NCBI RefSeq assembly: GCF_014280195.1
Contig: NZ_CP047960.1
Coordinates: 2,160,001 to 2,192,000, forward strand
DNA from: Synechococcus sp. A15-24
GTDB lineage: Bacteria; Cyanobacteriota; Cyanobacteriia; PCC-6307; Cyanobiaceae
Reading direction: 5' to 3'
Length of the DNA stretch: 32,000 nt
This document shows, piece by piece, positions 25,713 to 32,000 of this stretch; positions within the stretch are counted from its first letter, which is position 1; the number at the start of each line of letters is the position of its first letter. The translations under genes were made by a program, and so were the position numbers. The notes beneath the pieces are model-generated. The model did no database searches, was not told the origin of the DNA, and saw only the letters and a program-made list of their open reading frames with translations.

Positions 25713-25943
25713 TTACAGAGCAAAGGATGAACGTTTGAAGTTCCACCCCGTTAGACGCAACGTAGAAGCGAATCGGTCCAGCCTTGGGAAAAGCTGTTCA
25801 CGGGGTCACAGGATCGCTGTGACGTTGTCCGTGAGATGTTGATGAGAACCTAGCGAGCACTGTCTGCGGCTGTCAACCACAGCAGGCTGCAGCAAAGTGG
25901 CGCACCACGTTATTAACCAAGGCATACCACTCTTCCATCTTCG

Positions 25944-27209
25944 TTATTCAACAGCGACCAAACCTTCGGAGTACCGCTCAACTGCCGCTTGCAGACTAGA
26001 TTCATCAACCCACCTGCCATATGTTGACATGTGCACGGTCGGGGTATGACCCATAAGCGCACTTGCTTGTCGAACGTGCAAAGGATTAGTTGAGCAAACA
26101 TGACAGCGCCATGCCCACGAATGCCTCAGCGAATAAATGCTGAGACCTGGATTACTTCGCACCAAGTTTTGCCAGGGTGCGTATCGGCGAAGCAACTGCC
26201 CGTAGGCATGACCAACCTGCTTAAAGCTTTGCTTCTCCTCAACCTTGGAAATTTCGTTCAGAACCGGCTGGGGCAGTTTCACCAGGCCAGAGGCATAAAG
26301 CTGCAGAGCCTTCATTCCTTCACCTGCACGGCCTTCGATATCCAGTGGCAGGCACAGCCGTGGTGGCTTTGGCTTCTGCGCCAGTGAAGCCGTGTTCCTT
26401 TTGACGGCACCGGCATAAAGCCGACCTTCCTTGACGCTCAGCAGAGCCAACTCTGCGGGCCTGAGCCCATAAAGCGATATCAAGGCTGTCGCTAAACGCA
26501 AATCATGACGGCCATCTGCCTCCATCTGATCCAACAGGGCAGCAAGGTCTGGCGACTTGATTGGTGGGGTTAAACGCGCCTGCGTACTAGTAGCGGAAAC
26601 ACCGATCAGTTCAGCTGTGAATGACTTCTCCGGCGGCAGCCAACACTGATAGGCACCAGCCCGATCAACGGCGTAACGCAAGAAAGCCACGACGCTTTGA
26701 ACATTGCGCCTACGGCCTTCACCACCAGATTCCATGTCGGCAAAAAAGAGTTGCGCGTAACGCTTCAGCAAGGCCCTTGAATCGCGTGGCTTGGGCTTTT
26801 GATCCATGCACACCAACAAACGATTCAGACGCGTTCTGAGGTCAGACAGCGTTGAGCTGCGAAGACCTTGCTTGCCCTTCAGGTACTCCTGCACAACAGC
26901 CGACCAACCTTGTTCAGCAACGCCGCTGTGACTGGAGGGAACTGCAAGTTCTGCGGTGTCTAGACGAACAGCCTCAGCAAGGCTGAGGTTGCGGCTTTCC
27001 ATCAGCTGCCGAACGCGTGTGACGGCGTTCAAGATCTGCACTGAGTTGGTGGCCTTCCACTCAATCGGCAGCACCTTGGCGCTCTTGGTGCCGTCTTCAA
27101 AAACGCGAGTCAGCTTGGTTTTGCCGCTTTGAGCAATGACGTTCCAGCCGAAGCCGTGGTTGTCCTTGATCTGACGCCGAAGCGTTTTTTCCCATTGCTG
27201 GGCGGGCAT
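25944..27209 (-). CDS. int: Tyrosine recombinase (phage-integrase family)
   Basis: Its catalytic signature includes GLRPAELALL (Arg I) and LRHSWAWR (HxxR). It also includes LMGHT and STYGRW (Tyr nucleophile). It lies 143 nt from the intact tRNA-Val on the same strand. Confidence 0.9.
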   Translation of the reverse strand: MPAQQWEKTLRRQIKDNHGFGWNVIAQSGKTKLTRVFEDGTKSAKVLPIEWKATNSVQILNAVTRVRQLMESRNLSLAEAVRLDTAELAVPSSHSGVAEQGWSAVVQEYLKGKQGLRSSTLSDLRTRLNRLLVCMDQKPKPRDSRALLKRYAQLFFADMESGGEGRRRNVQSVVAFLRYAVDRAGAYQCWLPPEKSFTAELIGVSATSTQARLTPPIKSPDLAALLDQMEADGRHDLRLATALISLYGLRPAELALLSVKEGRLYAGAVKRNTASLAQKPKPPRLCLPLDIEGRAGEGMKALQLYASGLVKLPQPVLNEISKVEEKQSFKQVGHAYGQLLRRYAPWQNLVRSNPGLSIYSLRHSWAWRCHVCSTNPLHVRQASALMGHTPTVHMSTYGRWVDESSLQAAVERYSEGLVAVE

Positions 27210-27220
27210 GGAAGCGGGGC

Positions 27221-27256
27221 CTGCTCTAAGCCGTTCTAGAGCAGTTTTTAGAGCAA
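27221..27256. repeat. Cluster of three TAGAGCA-core motifs between int and the tRNA (one inverted, two direct)
   Basis: The copies are CTGCTCTAAG (27221-27230, inverted), TTCTAGAGCAG (27234-27244) and TTTTTAGAGCAA (27245-27256). The first two form the palindrome CTGCTCTA-n8-TAGAGCAG. Confidence 0.75.
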
Positions 27257-27352
27257 AACAGCTCTAGCAAGCCGCGGCCAGCTGTAGCCAGACAACAAAG
27301 AAGCGGCCTTACGACCGCTCAGAAACTAGTATGAGACTGGGCTTTTGGAGAG

Positions 27353-27424
27353 TGGGCGATACTGGGATCGAACCAGTGACAATCTCCTTGTAAGGGAGGT
27401 GCTCTACCGCTGAGCTAATCGCCC
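27353..27424 (-). tRNA. tRNA-Val (anticodon UAC), CCA not encoded
   Basis: The minus strand reads GGGCGAT TA GCTC AGCGGTA GAGC A CCTCC CTTACAA GGAGA TTGTC ACTGG TTCGATC CCAGT ATCGCCC A. This folds as a canonical cloverleaf with TAC in the anticodon loop CTTACAA. Confidence 0.93.
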
Positions 27425-27483
27425 AATGCAGCGAATTCTGCCTCAACGCGGCAGCCTGAACACAGCCGTCATGTCGGTTCACG

Positions 27484-27978
27484 ATGGCCTCCGGCAGAGC
27501 CCATGACCGCGCCACGCTGATTGTCAGTGCACCCATCGGAATGGCTGCTGCAATTTGGTGGGGAGCTGACGCCGGGTTCATCGCAGCGGCTGCATGCCTC
27601 ATCGGCGGACTCTGGCTGTCACCAGATCTCGACACCCACTCCAACGCCCTGCGGCGCTGGGGACCGCTCCGTGGGCTGTGGTGGCCCTACAGGCACCTAA
27701 TTCCCCACCGATCGCTCTGGTCCCACGGCCCCTTGATCGGCACAGCCCTGCGATTGCTGTGGCTGCTGAGCTGGTGGGTTGTGGTGTCACTGCTGATCGG
27801 GTGGCCCACAAACGCCGGGTTGCCGACGCTGGTCAGTTGGCTGAACCAGCAGCCTCAACAGGCCATCGCCCTCGGAATCGGGCTGGAGGCGAGTGCCTGG
27901 CTGCACCTGATCCTGGATGGCGATCCCTGGCCTGTGGAGTGGTCACCGCGGCGTCTAGGGCAACGGCGGCGGCGGTGA
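27484..27978 (+). CDS. DUF2227-like putative metal-binding membrane protein
   Basis: The blocks SGRAHDRAT, SPDLDTHSNALRRWGPLRGLWWPYRHLIPHRSLWSHGPLIGT match my memory of the DUF2227/COG2389 pattern. The remainder is hydrophobic. Confidence 0.55.
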   Translation: MASGRAHDRATLIVSAPIGMAAAIWWGADAGFIAAAACLIGGLWLSPDLDTHSNALRRWGPLRGLWWPYRHLIPHRSLWSHGPLIGTALRLLWLLSWWVVVSLLIGWPTNAGLPTLVSWLNQQPQQAIALGIGLEASAWLHLILDGDPWPVEWSPRRLGQRRRR

Positions 27979-27990
27979 GAGGGTGGGCGC

Positions 27991-28821
27991 GTGTCGATCC
28001 ACCCCTCCATGGCTCCAGACCGGCCTGATGCACTGCAGAAGCTGATCGATGTGGTAGCCCGGCTGCGGGATCCGGATCAGGGCTGCCCCTGGGATTTGAA
28101 GCAGACCCATGCGTCTCTGGTGCCCTATGTGCTGGAAGAGGCCCATGAAGTGGCCGATGCCATTCGCCATGGCAACGACGACCACCTCAAGGAGGAACTC
28201 GGCGATCTGCTGCTGCAGGTGATCCTCCATGCCCAGATCGGCCGGGAGCAGGGCCGCTTTGATCTGGATGCCATCTCCTGCGCCATCAGCGACAAGCTGA
28301 TTCGTCGCCATCCCCACGTCTTTGGCGGAGAGCTCCGCAGCTGGGATGAAATCAAAGCCGAAGAACAGGCCGAAGTCCTGGCTCAGTCCACCAGCCCCCT
28401 CAGCGATCGGTTGACCAGCAAGGTGCGAGGCATGCCCGCTCTGGCCGGTGCCATGGCCATCTCAAAGCAAGCCGCCAAAGCCGGCTTCGAGTGGGACGAC
28501 ATGGCCGGCGTTTGGGAAAAAGTGCAGGAGGAACTCGATGAACTGAAGGAGGCCATCGCCAGCGGCGATCAGGGCCATGCCCAGGAAGAACTGGGCGATC
28601 TGCTGTTCACCCTCGTGAATGTGGCGCGCTGGTGTCGCCTCGATCCCGAGGAGGGGCTGGCCGGCACCAACCACCGCTTTCTCGATCGCTTCTCCCGAGT
28701 GGAGGCCGCCCTGGAGGGCAATCTTCAAGGCCGCAGTATCCAGGAGCTGGAAACGCTCTGGCAGCAGGCCAAGGCCCAGATCAGGGCTGAGCAGGCAACA
28801 GCTCACGCCTCAGAAACGTGA
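27991..28821 (+). CDS. mazG: Nucleoside triphosphate pyrophosphohydrolase MazG
   Basis: It has a CPWD box and tandem MazG EExxE/D motifs (LEEAHEVADAI..EELGDLLLQV and QEELDELKEAI..EELGDLLFTLVN). The start is GTG 27991 or ATG 28009. Confidence 0.9.
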   Translation: MSIHPSMAPDRPDALQKLIDVVARLRDPDQGCPWDLKQTHASLVPYVLEEAHEVADAIRHGNDDHLKEELGDLLLQVILHAQIGREQGRFDLDAISCAISDKLIRRHPHVFGGELRSWDEIKAEEQAEVLAQSTSPLSDRLTSKVRGMPALAGAMAISKQAAKAGFEWDDMAGVWEKVQEELDELKEAIASGDQGHAQEELGDLLFTLVNVARWCRLDPEEGLAGTNHRFLDRFSRVEAALEGNLQGRSIQELETLWQQAKAQIRAEQATAHASET

Positions 28822-29524
28822 TCACAGCGGTCCAGGCCTGATCGGCAAGATCCGGATCCCAGCGCCAGCCGTCATCACGCATGAAGGTGTGATTGGCCTC
28901 AAACAGCACGGTCTCGTGCCTCAGCCCCCGCAGGGCTTCGAGAACCCGTTCACGATCCTCAGCCGGTACGTGGGGATCTTCGGAGCCGAACAGCGTGAAC
29001 AAGGCCCCCTTGATCTCGCCGGCCCGTTGCAGCGAATCCGCGATGCCGCGGCCCAGTTTTCCGTTCTGCAACCCGGTTGGATAAAGACAGGCGGTAGCAC
29101 GCACCTCCGGTCGCAAAGCGGCACGAAAGGCGAGATGACCGCCGATGCAGAAGCCAATGGCACCGAGGCGCTGCTCATCCACCTCGGTCTGCTCACTCAG
29201 CCAGGTCAACATGGCCTTTGCATCAGCGTCGAAGGAGGCGATTTCAGTACGACGGGCCGCGTCATTGCCCCTCAGACGACCGATCGCATCGGGCTCGAGC
29301 ACTGTCCCCACCGGCTCCACGCGATGGAAGATCTCCGGCGCCGACACCACAAAGCCATAGCCCGCCAGGCGATTCGCCAACCGCAGGATCGGATCGCCCA
29401 GTTGGTAAATATCCGAATAAAAAATCAGGCCCGGCCAAGGGCCCTCCTCAACGGGGCGGGCCAGATGAACCCGCATCAAGCTGTCGTCCACGGTGAGACC
29501 GATGGTCTGTTGCTCGATCCGCAT
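28781..29524 (-). CDS. Dienelactone hydrolase-family protein
   Basis: It has an alpha/beta-hydrolase nucleophile elbow with Cys, GFCIGGH. I place the start at MRIEQQ (29524), which avoids overlapping arfB. Its 3' end overlaps mazG convergently by 41 nt. Confidence 0.8.
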   Translation of the reverse strand: MRIEQQTIGLTVDDSLMRVHLARPVEEGPWPGLIFYSDIYQLGDPILRLANRLAGYGFVVSAPEIFHRVEPVGTVLEPDAIGRLRGNDAARRTEIASFDADAKAMLTWLSEQTEVDEQRLGAIGFCIGGHLAFRAALRPEVRATACLYPTGLQNGKLGRGIADSLQRAGEIKGALFTLFGSEDPHVPAEDRERVLEALRGLRHETVLFEANHTFMRDDGWRWDPDLADQAWTAVITFLRRELLPAQP

Positions 29525-29537
29525 GGCAGGCGGCGCG

Positions 29538-29972
29538 TTACTCCTCAAGTGTTGGCCGGTTGCTGCGCTGACGCTTGAGATCACCGCGCTTTTTCTTGGC
29601 CTCCAGACGACGCTTCACTGCACCGCGTCTCGGACGGGTGGACTTTCGCGATGGTGGCGGGGGCTGCAGACCCTGCCGCAGCAGGTCGGCCATGCGGTGC
29701 AGAGCCTTCTGACGGTTCTGCCACTGCGAGCGTTCCTCCGCCACCACCACACGCAAACAACCGTCCGACAGCCGGGATGCCAGCTGTTCCAGCAAGCGCG
29801 CCCGCCGAAAGGGGCCCAGCACCGAACAGCTCTGCAGATCCAGCACCAGCTCCACCCGTGAATCGGTGGTGTTCACCCCTTGCCCCCCTGGACCGGAGGC
29901 CCGCGAGAAGCGCCACTGCAAGTCCCCTGAGGGAATCACCAGGCGATCCGTGACGTGGAGATCCAGCACCAT
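29538..29972 (-). CDS. arfB: Peptidyl-tRNA hydrolase ArfB (alternative ribosome-rescue factor, RF-1 domain)
   Basis: It has the GGQ motif SGPGGQGVNT in a 144-aa protein with a strongly basic C-terminal tail. Confidence 0.85.
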   Translation of the reverse strand: MVLDLHVTDRLVIPSGDLQWRFSRASGPGGQGVNTTDSRVELVLDLQSCSVLGPFRRARLLEQLASRLSDGCLRVVVAEERSQWQNRQKALHRMADLLRQGLQPPPPSRKSTRPRRGAVKRRLEAKKKRGDLKRQRSNRPTLEE

Positions 29973-30191
29973 GACGCCACGCTGGCACTTTGGTCTTGAC
30001 GGCCGAATCGCTGCGATGCAGTGAAGGCCGCTGATGGATCAGCTGGCATCAGTCAGAAAAGGCACGGAGCTGCACTCTTCCTTGCAGCCCCATATCCACG
30101 TTCATTAAACACTAGATGTTGAGTGCGGCAAACCTACAAACGCTCCATACGGTGTTTGGCGAAGTCCCCCTGAGGTCCTTAGCTGGAGTGA

Positions 30192-31906
<1,715 letters not shown>

Positions 31907-32000
31907 AAGTGCCGTGCATCAGCCCGTTGTTGCCGCAATCGGGTGTGCTGCTGAGCGATCAGCTCCACCACCAAGGTGGGATGGCGATGGATCAGCGCGA

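Larger units (their letters stand above)
20297..27424. mobile_element. Integrative element in tRNA-Val (~7.1 kb): integrase, excisionase-like HTH, replication module and cargo; no virion or conjugation genes
   Basis: Direct att repeats lie at both ends and a tyrosine recombinase sits next to the intact tRNA. Composition is AT-richer than the flanks. Two convergent gene arms meet at a strong terminator (23028-23051). Confidence 0.85.

Overview
The window looks like a marine Synechococcus-type picocyanobacterial chromosome. The backbone is high-GC and carries an hli gene, a Fur/Zur-family regulator, speE-speB, valS and ligA. The gene order resembles what I recall around the P-stress phosphatase pair and zur of clade III Synechococcus (WH8102-like), but I cannot verify that here. 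Two AT-richer accessory segments interrupt the core. (1) At 1950-6270 there is a two-gene islet of signal-peptide-less putative phosphatases. One is a 5'-nucleotidase/metallophosphoesterase with a C-terminal RTX nonapeptide block; the other is a putative atypical alkaline phosphatase. Each has its own hairpin terminator, and one has a candidate Pho box. (2) At 20297-27424 there is a ~7.1 kb element integrated into the 3' part of tRNA-Val(UAC), and this is the most interesting object in the window. It is bounded by a 53-nt direct repeat of the tRNA 3' portion. It carries a tyrosine integrase, an excisionase-type HTH protein, DUF4326, a Zn-ribbon protein and a RepA/AAA_25-like helicase. It also has an HTH gene with a duplicated gene head, two secreted cargo proteins (one a Cys-bracketed triple-repeat peptide), and eight copies of a TTTAGAGCA-type motif concentrated at both arms. 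It has no virion or conjugation genes, so it looks tycheposon-like or phage-satellite-like. Between hli and the distal att copy (18.3-20.3 kb) lies a stretch of tiny ORFs that may be older island debris. In the core, a sigma-54-activator-like pseudo-AAA+ domain fused to a 4Fe-4S membrane protein is split by a 1-nt frameshift just upstream of the Fur/Zur gene. An HLR1-type direct repeat sits upstream of hli. No CRISPR array, rRNA or transposase was seen. Many long ORFs in the six-frame track are antisense shadows of high-GC genes and were rejected.
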